The notes: generated by a model not told the origin, from the sequence alone. A stretch of DNA of 35,623 nt from Oopsacas minuta (GCA_024704765.1 JAKMXF010000071.1:1-35623), one strand, 5' to 3'; shown: positions 24,387 through 35,623, numbered from the stretch's first letter. Numbers and translations are program-made.

Positions 24387-25529
24387 ACCTGACCGCATAG
24401 GCGGCGCATGAGATTTCAGTATGGGGAGGCTAATATATACTTACTATTAATCCGAACATAAAGATTATACGAACAATCTTTTGAATTTTTTAAAGCTTAA
24501 ATAATTGTTGTTTTATTCAAATTCTACTGCAGATCAATATCTAATATATTACACATGTTGGATGACATTTGATGAATTTCACTAATCCGAACGAATTAGT
24601 TTGCAATCGGCAGAGTGGTGTTCGGGTCAGCGAGGGTGTAATGTAACATTAATTATTGTAAATTGGATAGTAGTAAATTCCCACTCCAATAAGAGAGGAT
24701 TTTAGTACTGAAATGAACTTTTAGTTGTAGAATGTTCTCTGCAAAAAAAAGGAAGAAGTGTTAACAGGCGTTTAATTAATTGCGAAATAACTGGAGAAAT
24801 TTAAGAAGCTGCCCGATATTAGACCTTTATTAGGTGTAAACTCGCTAAGAAACTAATTCAAAAGATAAATAAAATTCCATGCTGATAACCACTCTAGTGA
24901 ATATATTAAAAATTACTATTCCCATGTGATAATATGAACCCGATGTATTTTGAATTGATATTCTCAGTTAGTTCATGTATATTGTTGATTACGATAGTTG
25001 TAAAGAATTGGTATCTAATTATCGTTCATCTTGGGCGCAATTGTTGTCCGGACTTCTTGAGCTCCACGTGATTGTATTTCGAAGCGATATTGTCAGTGGG
25101 GGATGCTGTTTCTCGAATTAGTTAATGATCATTCGTCCTTTGCTGTACGTGCGTATCATATTCAGGTAGCAAATTCACAAATGAATTTTATATATCTCGC
25201 ATACATATCAGATCATTAGCGCCTACGAATGAAACAGGTCGAAGCCCCTAGACGACAAGCCCTATTTACCACAACTTTAGTTGCCTTTCTAAGGTGACTT
25301 TGAATCTCGAATTATTTTATCTTAACTGCCGGATACACATTTGGCATGGAAACTCTGATAAACGATCACGAGTGTGTCTTCGATTCCAGAATAAATATCA
25401 AGTGATCTAAGGATATTTATACATAAAATATCAATTTTGATAATTATAAAGTTGTCACGTTATTGAGTTAAATTAGATACCATGGATGGCACATTTTTGG
25501 CTACTATCCACTTATAGCTCGATTGTCGC

Positions 25530-25766
25530 GAGAGTTATATTCAAATCAGTCCAGCCAATATGTATTACATACCCAAATTCCCGTATCCTTGATATACATT
25601 TTGATATGTTATCTCTAACCGATGTGACGCAATCGTGAATATGCCCATAATTGGTCATTAACAAGATTACACAATAGTGTTAGAGATGACGTTTCAAAAA
25701 GTATGACAAGGGTGCAGGAAGTGGGCATTAGTACATATAGGCTGGACTGATTTGACTAAAACTCTC
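25530..25766. mobile_element. 237-bp fold-back (palindromic) element
   Basis: Outer 35 nt are 32/35 complementary (25530-25564 vs 25732-25766), and looser pairing continues inward to about 25622/25675. No TSD recognised. Confidence 0.75.
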
Positions 25767-25807
25767 ACTTAATAATACATGTTGATATGATATTTCTGAA
25801 GGGGGAG

Positions 25808-26342
25808 TTGCAATTGATCAAAAAAGGTTTGCACGAGGGCATTACAAGTGATCAGCTCTGTGAAGTTTGCAATTGATCTAATCTGTTAGGTTTGCATATG
25901 ATCAACGAAGGTTTCATTCGATCAAAAAAGTGTTTACCTGAGGGCGTTGCAAGTGATCAACACTAGGAGGTATGCGATTAGATACATATTTTCTGATGCA
26001 TAGGAGACTATATATTTTGATCAACGACATCTCCCCTCACTTCATTAATTATTGAACTCGAGAACAAGCGTAACGAGCATGGGAGCACTGCAGAAATTAG
26101 TGCCATTGACGCGCAAAGCGCTGTCCCAAGTCTTGAAGCCTATTGAAGATTTGTATTCGGACAAAGGAAGATTTTCCAGTAATTCTGTCTGACATACTGG
26201 GTTTTCAGCGAAATTTGTTCCAAAAACGAATTGTTTCGTTGATCAAATGCAAACCTCCCAGGATTGATTAATTTCATGCCCCCATGCAAACATTTTTTTA
26301 TCATATGCAAACCTAGCAGATTTGACCAATTGCAATTCTCAC
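25808..26342. repeat. Inverted arrays of a TTGCA-NN-TGATCAA sub-repeat (fold-back-like element)
   Basis: At least 6 motif copies on + (25808-26025) and about 4 on - (26237-26336); 25860-25901 matches the reverse complement of 26301-26342 at 36/42. Confidence 0.7.
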
Positions 26343-26477
26343 CAAAAGGAACTGAAAGCTAATATTAGAATTTTTCATGACACATATAGGGTGAAGTTTC
26401 GGTAAAATATTAGATTAATTTGAGATTTTCACGCGGGGGTAGAGCTAAGATTGGTCGATTTATATTGGAATGACCCA

Positions 26478-26616
26478 GAATCTTCTGAATGGGTTATCGG
26501 ACAATTTACAAGAGCATTTTAAGTCCCAGCAAAAGTAATATTTACTGATGGAGATCAGGCGATGTCAAATGCTATACGAAGAATTTCTTGATACTGTTCA
26601 TATCTTATATACTTAC
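26478..26616 (+). pseudogene. MULE transposase remnant (FAR1-like subtype)
   Basis: Hand translation ESSEWVIGQFTRAF*VPAKVIFTDGDQAMSNAIRR then, after a shift, FLDTVHIL; fits the MULE pattern W-x-x-x-x-F...P-x-V-I-x-T-D-x-D-x-A-M-x-x-A-I. Confidence 0.65.
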
Positions 26617-27032
26617 CAAATTAGATTGTTCATTCATGTTATTACTCAAATTGTCCACTTCGGGCCCCACTGCCCACTGGTGGACAATTAGACAGGAGGT
26701 ACTGTCGCAGTATGATAATAATTTCTACAAAATATTTCATCTTTCTCATGTTAATCATTTAATTTAACTGGGGGGGGGGTAATATTATAGATAGAATCAA
26801 ATCTAAAATTCTATTGTTTTATCGAAGATTGAATTTTAATATTACAAGCTTCATGCATCATAGTTATTCAAGGGACCTTACCCTTAAGATCCTAGCTACG
26901 ATGTCGCTGGAGTAACTCAAGCGACTTAATCGCTCAGCGCCATATATGCATTCTGTTATGTCAAATATGTAATTAATATCAAAAATTGAGGGGGACCGAG
27001 GAGGTCAATCTAGTAATATCGTATTTAAAGAT

Positions 27033-27187
27033 CATTTAGAGGGTCGATATGTGAATAAATAGACTCAACTAGCCTAGCAGCGTCGAACCAGGGGTCATTC
27101 GGGAAGGTTAAGACAAAATTTGAGAATGGAATGTTGCCATATTCCTGAGAAATTCGCATTCCTGTGTTGCTAGGGAAAAAATATCCC
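27033..27187 (+). repeat. Dispersed repeat, copy B (copy A at 6301-6439)
   Basis: Aligns to 6301-6439 and carries a small internal duplication (ATTCCTG...ATTCCTG). Confidence 0.8.
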
Positions 27188-28141
27188 GAACTTGTTCAAG
27201 TGACCACTCAAACGAAGGGAAATCTTTCAGTGATAACGAATTTCAACATCCATTGTCTCAATTCAAACTGGATGAGCTATATGCATTTAAATACATTAAA
27301 ATGTGTCCAAAATGGCAGATAAAACTGTGTATCCCATGAACTTCGATGAATTGGCTCCGCTTGTAAAATGTTCAAGCACACCCTAATGCAACTTTTTACA
27401 ATTTTGGCGCTTTTACCGGACTTGTTTCGAAAATAGTTAAATTCGATGCTAACTGCCCTGGCTAATATTACAAGTCAGCCCTGATGTTCGGGTTTTTCGG
27501 GTAGGACGGGTTCTGAAACGTGAACCCGATTTCTATTCACTTGTCTATATTTGTAATAAACCGATAAAAGGTGTGATGATCAGCATATGGAGAGCAATAG
27601 GTTTGGGGATATGTTGAAGCGGATAAATGTGTTGTATTACATGTTTATCCTCACTCACATTTAATTACACTTACAGCTTTGAATTTTCCAGTAAATTATG
27701 AAAGTAAATGGTGTCATTTGATTCGCCCCATTAATGAATATCTCGTTCCCTACTCCCAGTAATTATCCTTCCGGAATAGAATTGAGTGGAGTTGACAACC
27801 CTAACTTTAAGTGACTAAGCCATTTAGCTACGCGGACTTAAGCTTTTAATCATTATCGACGTCAATAAAGGTTAAAGGCGTCAATTCACTTGTACTATTA
27901 TAATAGCTCTATTTTAATAGACAGATTATGCCATAGGCCATAACTATGCATATTGTTTTAGTCCCAGGGCTAGCCGGGATAAAAAGAAATTGAGAACCCC
28001 CTAGACCAGACTAAAATACCATCATAATTGCCTTAAATGCTGTAGTCCCAAAGCAACCCTTTGAAGAGGGTCAACTCCCAAAAATATACCAATCCTCATC
28101 TAATGATGCGTATCACAGTTTACGTAAAACATATACATATA

Positions 28142-28377
28142 TCGTATTACCTCGAATAATAGCCGGGATGATTGTTAATTTCAAGCTCCCTACAGAGGGA
28201 AGTTGCGATTGTGAAACACTGGAATTTCTATATAATCTTACTACGTTATCCTTCCTAAAAACAGTAGATAATTCAAAATATTTGGGAAATGACGATTCAC
28301 TGTAAGCACTTATTTGTGTTTAGTAGACTCAGGGGGAGGCGATTATTCGAGGGGGACTATTATTCAAGGTAATACTG
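28142..28377. mobile_element. 236-bp Tc1/mariner-type MITE
   Basis: Left TCGTATTACCTCGAATAATAGCC; right reverse complement CAGTATTACCTTGAATAATAGTC; TA on both flanks (28140-28141, 28378-28379). Confidence 0.8.
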
Positions 28378-28721
28378 TATGTATGTTAACATAGCGAAAA
28401 ATAGTATCCGTGAAAGTGTACAAGGCCAGTGTAGAATGCAATAACCTATCACAAAATAAGAATTAAATGTCAATATAACCCGCGTAAATACATCATGCTA
28501 TCCACCCAGGGCGAAATCTAACAATATCAAACTAAATACAAAGAAGTGATGCATAAATGAATACTAAACAGTGTTAATTGAAATGTATAAAATAGAGTTG
28601 AGGAAAATAAGAATCAAGAAAAAACTAATCAGCTGATTACACAAATAATATTGCGCTTCTACTTTATAGAAATTTGTTCGAATTTACGGATGAGTGAGTA
28701 AATTATATAAGATAATTCAGC

Positions 28722-31700
28722 TTAAAATGTCAAATCGAAGTTATGAGAAAGATACATATCACTCAAACGTTTAGCATAACTGAGTTCCTCTGTTAATTTT
28801 AATCGTTTATAAAGTATAGGGCAATCTGTAGAAATACAATCTTTGGCCCATGAATCTCCTTGACAAGACTTGCATAAGTGGTTCACAGAATTAACACTGT
28901 GATTAGAAACTTGAAAACGCTTTCCAATTAGTGTATGCTTCCTATCTAAATCAGTCACACATTGCCTGCATAATCCTATTTCTCCTTCATCATCACAAAT
29001 CGCACAGAATCTATTATCAATGAAATTAGACAATCCTCTCTTTTCGATAGGATTTAATAAGTCATAATGTGTAGGCCGAAAGAATTGAGGAAAATCGTTT
29101 ATCCAAGAATGCACATTAGCGCCAGCTCGATCTAAAGCACGCTTTAATGATGGGATAATATGTGTGTGTAGATAGTAGTGAGCATGGATATAGAGGGAAG
29201 AATCTGCAAGAACTTGTTCGGGAGTTCTGATTAAGTCAATAAGAGGCGAGTTCGGATGGGAATATACATAAACGTATGGAACACGAGAACCTACTCTAGG
29301 TTCGGAACGTGGGTCCCTTGATATCTTATCCTGTGAAATATGCAGGGATGGAGTCATTACACCTGGTTGATATCCGTATAAGCCTCTGAACTCACGAGCA
29401 AAGGTAAGATCTTGAATAGAAACAAGTCCTCTGAAGAGTTTTGTACATTGCTGTACTACATATCCACGAACCTGCTCCATTTCGCCTGTACGAAAGAGTA
29501 TCTTAAGAGATTGTTCCAATAATTTCGCAACCGCGGGGCATGTGTCCCTCCTAACAGTTTCGATTCCCTTAGCATCAAATTTTGGTTCGATCTGTTCTGG
29601 TGTCTCAAAACTAAATCCTACATATCTTTTCTTTGTCATCAAAAGGCAAGGTTGGTATACTTTTTCAAATTTTAGCTTAATCGGCTCACTAAACATTCTA
29701 GTTACCTTTTTCGTTATTTCATACCCGATTTTGAATGCTTCCTCTCGACTAATCCCTGGCAGAAGTATAAACATGCTGTCTGTATCCCCATAGATTACCT
29801 GGACATTCCATTCCGTAGAGTTAAGAACAAGATCTATTGATCGTTCCAGGGTTTCCCTTGCCTTAGCAACTATGCTATCGCCCAAATCCACACATGGCAT
29901 ACGACCTGAAAAGTTAGCTTGTGTGTAACCGAATGTAACATTAGCAATGTTCTTTAGACCAAGTTGTCTTGCATTCAAAACTTTGTGGAGATAGGGGGTT
30001 GATTTATTTCGTTTTAGAGCCTGTTTCACCATAATGCGTGTTCTAAGTATCTCTTCCAACATTATTGGTAACATACCCTTCCGAATATGGGGTTTGACGA
30101 ACACAACACCATTAGGAGAAATGGTCACATCACTCGGCTTCAGGTCACCAAGAATATGTAATGGTATTTCTAGATCTATAGCGCCAAATGGAAATACACT
30201 ATCCTTCGGGAGATGCTCTAACTTACCAAGACATGTCGAGTAGCAGTAATTATGTGCAATGATTATGGATGGATATAGAGATTGAAAATCAAGCACGACT
30301 ACAGGATCAGTGAAATAATTATCACGAGGTTCCAATATTAGGGGTATTACAGAAGGGGGCAACATCTTAGATCGTTGCCGGACAGATGGCGATACAGTTA
30401 TGTATTCATGTCTCTTCAGAAGTCTAATCATCATAGACTCTACACGGTATTGAGTACCTCTGGCTAAGACATTATAAAACTCAATACCAAAGAGACGAGA
30501 AAGTTCACTGGTACGCTCAACTATATCTAAAGCCTCAATAATACGAATGTTAGCTTGAGCTCGTAAGATATAATATTGAAGAGGTCGCCATCTGTTCCTT
30601 GATGGGAATACTGTATACCATTTAGTAAGTATGTCATTTGAAAACTTAGTATATCTCTGATGAAGAGTATGATGTGCAACATTTTCAAACGTATAGCCCG
30701 TAAGGGTTAACTCATGTTTACAAATTCTCCATAGATTAAGCAGAATCCTACCAACAATGTGTGGATCTGAATAATTAAAGCAATATGGAGCTTCTTTTAG
30801 GTTATCACGTGGAGTTTTCCCAGGAGGCTGAGCACGAGATAAACAAAAAGGTAAATCAATAACTAACATACAAGCTCTCTCAATCAAGTAACCCCAAGAT
30901 GAACGTTGAGATTCAAAACCAACACAAATATCTGGATCATATTCCAGGACTTTACTTATAAACTCCTGAAACAAATCAACTTCTGTAGTAACGTAAGTCA
31001 TTATTACATCATCGAGATTGGTATGAGCGAGAGAGTCACATTTTTTTAGGTCTTCAATATCCCATGTGTCAGTTAAGGACAAAATGCCCGAAATATAGAT
31101 GACTTCATGAGAATGATATTCATGTGTAGAAACAAAGTAACAAATAGCGAGAAGTGAGTCAAAATTTGGATCAGGGGAGAGTTCAGATCTCGTCCGTACT
31201 AAAATCTCGACACTCATCACAGTGAGAAATTGGCATACTCGAGATTCTATGGCATATATGTCGTGCAACTCTTGAGAATTGAGCTTGAAATTATACAAAT
31301 TTGCCAAGGTAGGCCCTTCAATTTGGGAGTAATATGTAAGGTTTGGTTGAGTTTGAGTTAGGGAGGAGATCAATTTTTCGTATGGGATGTAATCCACAGA
31401 TTTCTGTAAAGATGGTTTCGGTAAATGTTCAGATGAAGTTTGGTCCATAGGTAGGCTAGAATTGTTATCATTTAGGTCCAGTTGGGTCAATTGGGAATGG
31501 GAGGGATGGCTAATAGTCTCCTTCAAAATTGGAGAAAATGAATCTTGAGAAGTGTTCTCCGTAGGAGATGAATTAGAAGATCGGTTTATTAACGGAGTAG
31601 AGTGATTCTTTTCTAAAGGTAAACTACTGTCAGTCTTTTCGATTAAACCGAGTTCAGAGTCCAAAGTATTTAAAGTCTTATTCTCTCTATCCCCTGTGTT

Positions 31701-34700
31701 TCTGACTAACAGAGAATTTGAAAACTGATATTCACAATTATCAGACTCAGACTCAGATGAAACGCTACTATACCTAGCGTCAGATTTATCGATTGGATCA
31801 TCTACTGGGATTGAATGATTAGAAGAGCTGTTAGCTTGGGAATGGGAAGGACTCAAAGTGGTATCGCTTGACAATAATCCCGAGGAGGAAGCTGGAGAAT
31901 TATGAAGTGAATTCAAGACAGAGACCTGTATAGCGATATGTTCTGAATTTTCAGAGATGGGAGAAACGGATAGTTGATAGTCAGGAGGTTCCAACCCAAG
32001 AATTCTGGTATCTGAAGAAGATTGTTCTGGAGAATGTGATTCGATAATGTCTAGCGAAGGGTTAATATTTTCATTGAGCTGATGGGAAGAGCTAACAACC
32101 TCAGTGTTCTGCACATCTGTGACGTTTAGCTGAGATATAATTGGTAATCCATGTTCAGGTTGAGGCGATTTAACTCGGTAGAGGTTAAACTCTGGATTCT
32201 CGATTGTCTGATTACTAACAGCAGAACTAACCGAGGGAGTTCGTGTTGGCTGAGGGATTGGAGGTGCTTCAGAATAACTGCTCGCTTCAGGAGGATTATC
32301 ATTGGAATTAGGCGAATGAAATATATCTTTAATTTCTTCATTTGATAATTCCTCCTTTGGTGACATATAATCATTGGAAAACTCTTCAGAAGATACAAGT
32401 GAGTTCGAGTTAGGAGTATTTACTATTATAGTCAAATCATGTTTCCCTTCAATCACGTTTTCGTTCTCAGTAACTGTGACTTGATCAATTAGTGCATTTT
32501 TCTCACTTGCTGGACTACTAAAATGAACTATAGGATCGGTGACACATAATACTGAGGTAGGCTCTAGTAAAGAATGATTCGTAGCAGTTTTTTCTGCTAT
32601 GTCAAATAATTCTTCTACCTGAGAAACAGCAGTAGATGAAGCTTCTTCCGAAATGGTGTAGGATTCTGAAAGCTGGAGCATTGTGTTATTAGAAGTGACT
32701 ATGTCTCTATTTCCTGTTGAGTTATCCTCAACTTTTTCAGAAATGTTGTCTGATGGGAAAGGGGCATGTGTATGCAAATCAGGATAGACACTCGGAGGAG
32801 GGAAATCTAGGACTCCACCTACAATATGACTATCACATTGAGGAGAAACATTTCTACCAGAATTGTGATCAAACGAGCAAGGCCTTATTGTATCTAAGCT
32901 ATCAATGCCTGGTTGATGGACAGGAGATTCAGTAATAACATCATTTTGAAGGCAGATATCATGCTGTGGCAGTCCCTGAATATAATTAGTGTTCTGTTTG
33001 ATGCGAAGTTTACTCAAATCTAGGCGAGCGATTTTGAGGATAGGTTGTTTAGGAAATGGTAAAACGGCCCTCTGCTCCAAATTAAAATTTTCAGTAAGCA
33101 ACTGTCTTGGGATACTCACACATAGGACTGAGTCAATAGCTGTTGATTGAGATGAGATATTCTCTGTTTTGGATTTATAAGAATTTTGGACAATTAATTT
33201 TGTCTTTGATGACTTTTTTCTGCCCCTACATCCATTTCCATCTAGTTGTAATGGAGGTAAGTAAGGAATGTTCTCATTCGTAGGAGAAATTCCAAAGTTA
33301 AGAGGTTGAGAGAGAAGAATTGATTCAGAGATCATATCTTCAAATAATGAAATGCTAGTTTCAGGATCTAGAGAAGTGTCATAACTCAGGATTTTACCGT
33401 GATATTCTGAAGGCAGATGCTCTAAAGAAGCTTCCAAGAATCTGTTTCGAATAAGAGATAAGTTAAATGAGTGAGTTGCGTTAAGCAGGATAGATGCATT
33501 GGACATGGCTAATAGCTCTGAACTGACACTATTTGAGAGAGACTCATCCACCGTAGGTCGATTAGATGGAAGATTAACAACCCTTCCATCCATATTAAAC
33601 TGCCTCTCATTTCCATTTAGTATACCCATGTCAAGTTCAGTGAGCATTGATATAACCTGATTCTCTCCAGCAGCTTGCAAACTGGAGGGAGAGAGTAGGA
33701 GAGATGTGTTTACCTCTTCTCTTTCTGGCAGCTGACTAGTAGACAAACTAATTACAGGAATAGAGTCGCCCTTTTCTTTATGGCTTTCCATTCTCTTAAG
33801 AATCATGGCCTCAAATTGAAGAATTAGCTGTGATTCATCAATCGAACATTTCACATCTCTATTAATTTCTAAAGGGAGTGTAACATCAGGAGATAAACCT
33901 TCCTGTTTACGTCTCCATCTTTCATCTTCCCACAAGACTGCCAGACCTGGGTTATTAGCTTCAGAAAATAGCGAAGGGTTAAGTATTGAGTGATATAGAG
34001 CATCCAGTTCAAGATCACAGTTAGAATGCCTAGATTCAGCATGAAGGAGTTCCTTTTGTAAAGACGACAGTGTCCAAACCCTTGAAAAGAAGGTCGAGGA
34101 ACGATCAGTGGAGGGTGAGTAAAGTGGTTCTTCTGCATCCTCTGGAGAGAATCTGAATTGCACCTCTGCTAAATAGATATGATTCATCCCGTATAGATTG
34201 TAATCAATCATAAATTGCAATTGATATGGAATATGAGCTTCGTGTGGTTGTAAGGGAGTCTTCATAACTGATCCAGTAAGTAATATATCCGCTAGTATAC
34301 GGACATGGCGAGGGTCATAGAGGAAAATCTGTAGGAAAATGCGCCGGGTGGGGTGATATCCATAAAAAGGCTTAGCAGCAACAATTTTAATATCATAAAC
34401 ATGATGTGAACATTGATCGGTAGATGAAATGGCTGATTTTATTGCATTATTTATGCCTCTACTGAGCTCACCTATCCAATGGGGAGATGGATCTACTCCT
34501 ACAGGCAACGGAATGTATAGGTAAGGAAAAACTCCGTGAATGTGGAGGCAGCCGCTCTGTCCAGTTGGGGTAGGTCCAAAAATCCTCAAGACTGGGACTT
34601 TTTTAATAGAAGAATTGGAAAGATAGCAAAAAGAGGGATCATATTCTTTAAGTGGTTTGCTAAGATACCAGTCTATATCTAGGATCTTCTGTGCATACAA

Positions 34701-34742
34701 TATTGAATGAGTATAGTTAGAATTCTCATTAGAATCCATCAT
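28722..34742 (-). CDS. REV3L: DNA polymerase zeta catalytic subunit (family B), intronless, 2006 aa
   Basis: N-terminal PVLRIFG...CLHIHGVFPYLY and PHEAHIPYQLQFMIDYNLYGM; SQIEGPT..NLYNFK; polymerase motifs DFQSLYPS and YGDTDS; C-terminal CysA (CAIC...CRQC) and CysB (CKSC...CISTDC). Confidence 0.96.
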   Translation of the reverse strand: MMDSNENSNYTHSILYAQKILDIDWYLSKPLKEYDPSFCYLSNSSIKKVPVLRIFGPTPTGQSGCLHIHGVFPYLYIPLPVGVDPSPHWIGELSRGINNAIKSAISSTDQCSHHVYDIKIVAAKPFYGYHPTRRIFLQIFLYDPRHVRILADILLTGSVMKTPLQPHEAHIPYQLQFMIDYNLYGMNHIYLAEVQFRFSPEDAEEPLYSPSTDRSSTFFSRVWTLSSLQKELLHAESRHSNCDLELDALYHSILNPSLFSEANNPGLAVLWEDERWRRKQEGLSPDVTLPLEINRDVKCSIDESQLILQFEAMILKRMESHKEKGDSIPVISLSTSQLPEREEVNTSLLLSPSSLQAAGENQVISMLTELDMGILNGNERQFNMDGRVVNLPSNRPTVDESLSNSVSSELLAMSNASILLNATHSFNLSLIRNRFLEASLEHLPSEYHGKILSYDTSLDPETSISLFEDMISESILLSQPLNFGISPTNENIPYLPPLQLDGNGCRGRKKSSKTKLIVQNSYKSKTENISSQSTAIDSVLCVSIPRQLLTENFNLEQRAVLPFPKQPILKIARLDLSKLRIKQNTNYIQGLPQHDICLQNDVITESPVHQPGIDSLDTIRPCSFDHNSGRNVSPQCDSHIVGGVLDFPPPSVYPDLHTHAPFPSDNISEKVEDNSTGNRDIVTSNNTMLQLSESYTISEEASSTAVSQVEELFDIAEKTATNHSLLEPTSVLCVTDPIVHFSSPASEKNALIDQVTVTENENVIEGKHDLTIIVNTPNSNSLVSSEEFSNDYMSPKEELSNEEIKDIFHSPNSNDNPPEASSYSEAPPIPQPTRTPSVSSAVSNQTIENPEFNLYRVKSPQPEHGLPIISQLNVTDVQNTEVVSSSHQLNENINPSLDIIESHSPEQSSSDTRILGLEPPDYQLSVSPISENSEHIAIQVSVLNSLHNSPASSSGLLSSDTTLSPSHSQANSSSNHSIPVDDPIDKSDARYSSVSSESESDNCEYQFSNSLLVRNTGDRENKTLNTLDSELGLIEKTDSSLPLEKNHSTPLINRSSNSSPTENTSQDSFSPILKETISHPSHSQLTQLDLNDNNSSLPMDQTSSEHLPKPSLQKSVDYIPYEKLISSLTQTQPNLTYYSQIEGPTLANLYNFKLNSQELHDIYAIESRVCQFLTVMSVEILVRTRSELSPDPNFDSLLAICYFVSTHEYHSHEVIYISGILSLTDTWDIEDLKKCDSLAHTNLDDVIMTYVTTEVDLFQEFISKVLEYDPDICVGFESQRSSWGYLIERACMLVIDLPFCLSRAQPPGKTPRDNLKEAPYCFNYSDPHIVGRILLNLWRICKHELTLTGYTFENVAHHTLHQRYTKFSNDILTKWYTVFPSRNRWRPLQYYILRAQANIRIIEALDIVERTSELSRLFGIEFYNVLARGTQYRVESMMIRLLKRHEYITVSPSVRQRSKMLPPSVIPLILEPRDNYFTDPVVVLDFQSLYPSIIIAHNYCYSTCLGKLEHLPKDSVFPFGAIDLEIPLHILGDLKPSDVTISPNGVVFVKPHIRKGMLPIMLEEILRTRIMVKQALKRNKSTPYLHKVLNARQLGLKNIANVTFGYTQANFSGRMPCVDLGDSIVAKARETLERSIDLVLNSTEWNVQVIYGDTDSMFILLPGISREEAFKIGYEITKKVTRMFSEPIKLKFEKVYQPCLLMTKKRYVGFSFETPEQIEPKFDAKGIETVRRDTCPAVAKLLEQSLKILFRTGEMEQVRGYVVQQCTKLFRGLVSIQDLTFAREFRGLYGYQPGVMTPSLHISQDKISRDPRSEPRVGSRVPYVYVYSHPNSPLIDLIRTPEQVLADSSLYIHAHYYLHTHIIPSLKRALDRAGANVHSWINDFPQFFRPTHYDLLNPIEKRGLSNFIDNRFCAICDDEGEIGLCRQCVTDLDRKHTLIGKRFQVSNHSVNSVNHLCKSCQGDSWAKDCISTDCPILYKRLKLTEELSYAKRLSDMYLSHNFDLTF

Positions 34743-35489
34743 TCTATTAATTTTAGTAGAAATTGATAAAATAAAATAAAATCTAAAGAAATTATATAAC
34801 GGACATTGTAATACTCCAGCATTAATCGTAACCTATTTAATGCAGGTCCTAAAGAGAGATGCCCTAATGCATACACTCAGAGGGTCCCAAATTATAATCC
34901 AAATCCATGAAATCCAGAAAATTCATGGATCTGATGGATTTCTTCAGATCTATCCGAAAACTATGGTGGATTATGAATTTAAGATAAATCGAAATAACAT
35001 TCATATAGCCAACAACTTGTTTATGGAGGTCACATCAATGTGTTGAGAGAAATTAACAAGTAAACCACAATACATCTATCGTCAATTATAACTAGAATGG
35101 TGTATTCTAATATGATTCATAAGAAAAATATAAGAATAAATCTTGGGATTATAATAGATATTCAGTCGACAGACTGGTGGTGCAGCTCAGGGTTATGTAT
35201 TTTGTTCTTTTCAGGGGGGGGCACACCCCAGATCCCCCGTATAAATGCCACAATGCGCCGGACCCGACTGATTTTGGGCTCCTGGAACTGATAAATATTT
35301 CAAGATATTCAATCTATTTGTCCCTTAATGTACTTCATGTTCTATTCTCAATTCCTTATGGATAAAATTACTAAATCTCTAGCATCAATTAGAAATGTGT
35401 GCAATAATAGTCATTCATATGATAAATATGTGAATTTGTAACTTTCAGACTTTGAAAGTCTTTAAAATCGGACTCTATGCACTCAACTC

Positions 35490-35567
35490 GGATACCGACA
35501 TTTCGTTCCAGACATTTCGTTCCACGACATTTCGTTCCACGACATTTCGCTCCACTTTTGATTGGCC
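35490..35567 (+). mobile_element. Left terminus of a second MULE-like element running off the window
   Basis: GGATAC + 4 x (C)GACATTTCG(T/C)TCCA + TTTGATTGGCC, the same layout as the transposase-linked terminus at 1007-1086. Confidence 0.65.
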
Positions 35568-35623
35568 AATTTTTGTTAATAATTTCACAGGTTTTAAATG
35601 GCTAAATAATATTGCAAATATAA

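Noticed and set aside
24540-25400. Possible decayed coding sequence on the minus strand
   Set aside because: Frames are broken by many stops and no family motif could be named with confidence.
26649-26689. 10-bp stem hairpin AATTGTCCAC/GTGGACAATT
   Set aside because: Short, single occurrence, no TSD; could be chance or a tiny remnant.
27060-27110. tRNA gene suggested by GGTTCGA on the minus strand
   Set aside because: No T-stem pairing, A box or cloverleaf could be built.
27565-27760. Tc1/IS630-like transposase remnant (GVMISIWRAIG, KRINVLYY)
   Set aside because: Resemblance is loose and the diagnostic WPxxSPDLNPIE block is not recognisable; needs an HMM or TBLASTN test.

Overview
Eukaryotic (animal-like), AT-rich, intron-poor genomic DNA. 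Five conserved housekeeping genes lie on the minus strand: VPS8 (CORVET subunit), HSP90B1/GRP94 (4 exons, 816 aa, the only gene with introns in its coding region), STRIP/FAM40, VCP/p97 and REV3L (Pol zeta catalytic subunit). The intergenic DNA is crowded with small or decayed DNA transposons: a MULE transposase inverted duplication at the left edge, a related MULE end at the right edge, a hAT transposase pseudogene interrupted by a Helitron-like element (4 related copies in the window), hAT and Tc1/pogo-type MITEs (one only 51 bp), two fold-back elements, a MULE remnant and an NHL-repeat gene fragment. No rRNA, tRNA or CRISPR is supported. The source organism cannot be read from the sequence; a compact-genome early-branching animal such as a glass sponge is only a guess. 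The best leads are a Mu-killer-like transposase hairpin, AG acceptor-like sites just before all five start codons (possible SL trans-splicing), and altered C-terminal motifs on p97 (LYAS) and GRP94 (HDDL). All alignments were done by eye.
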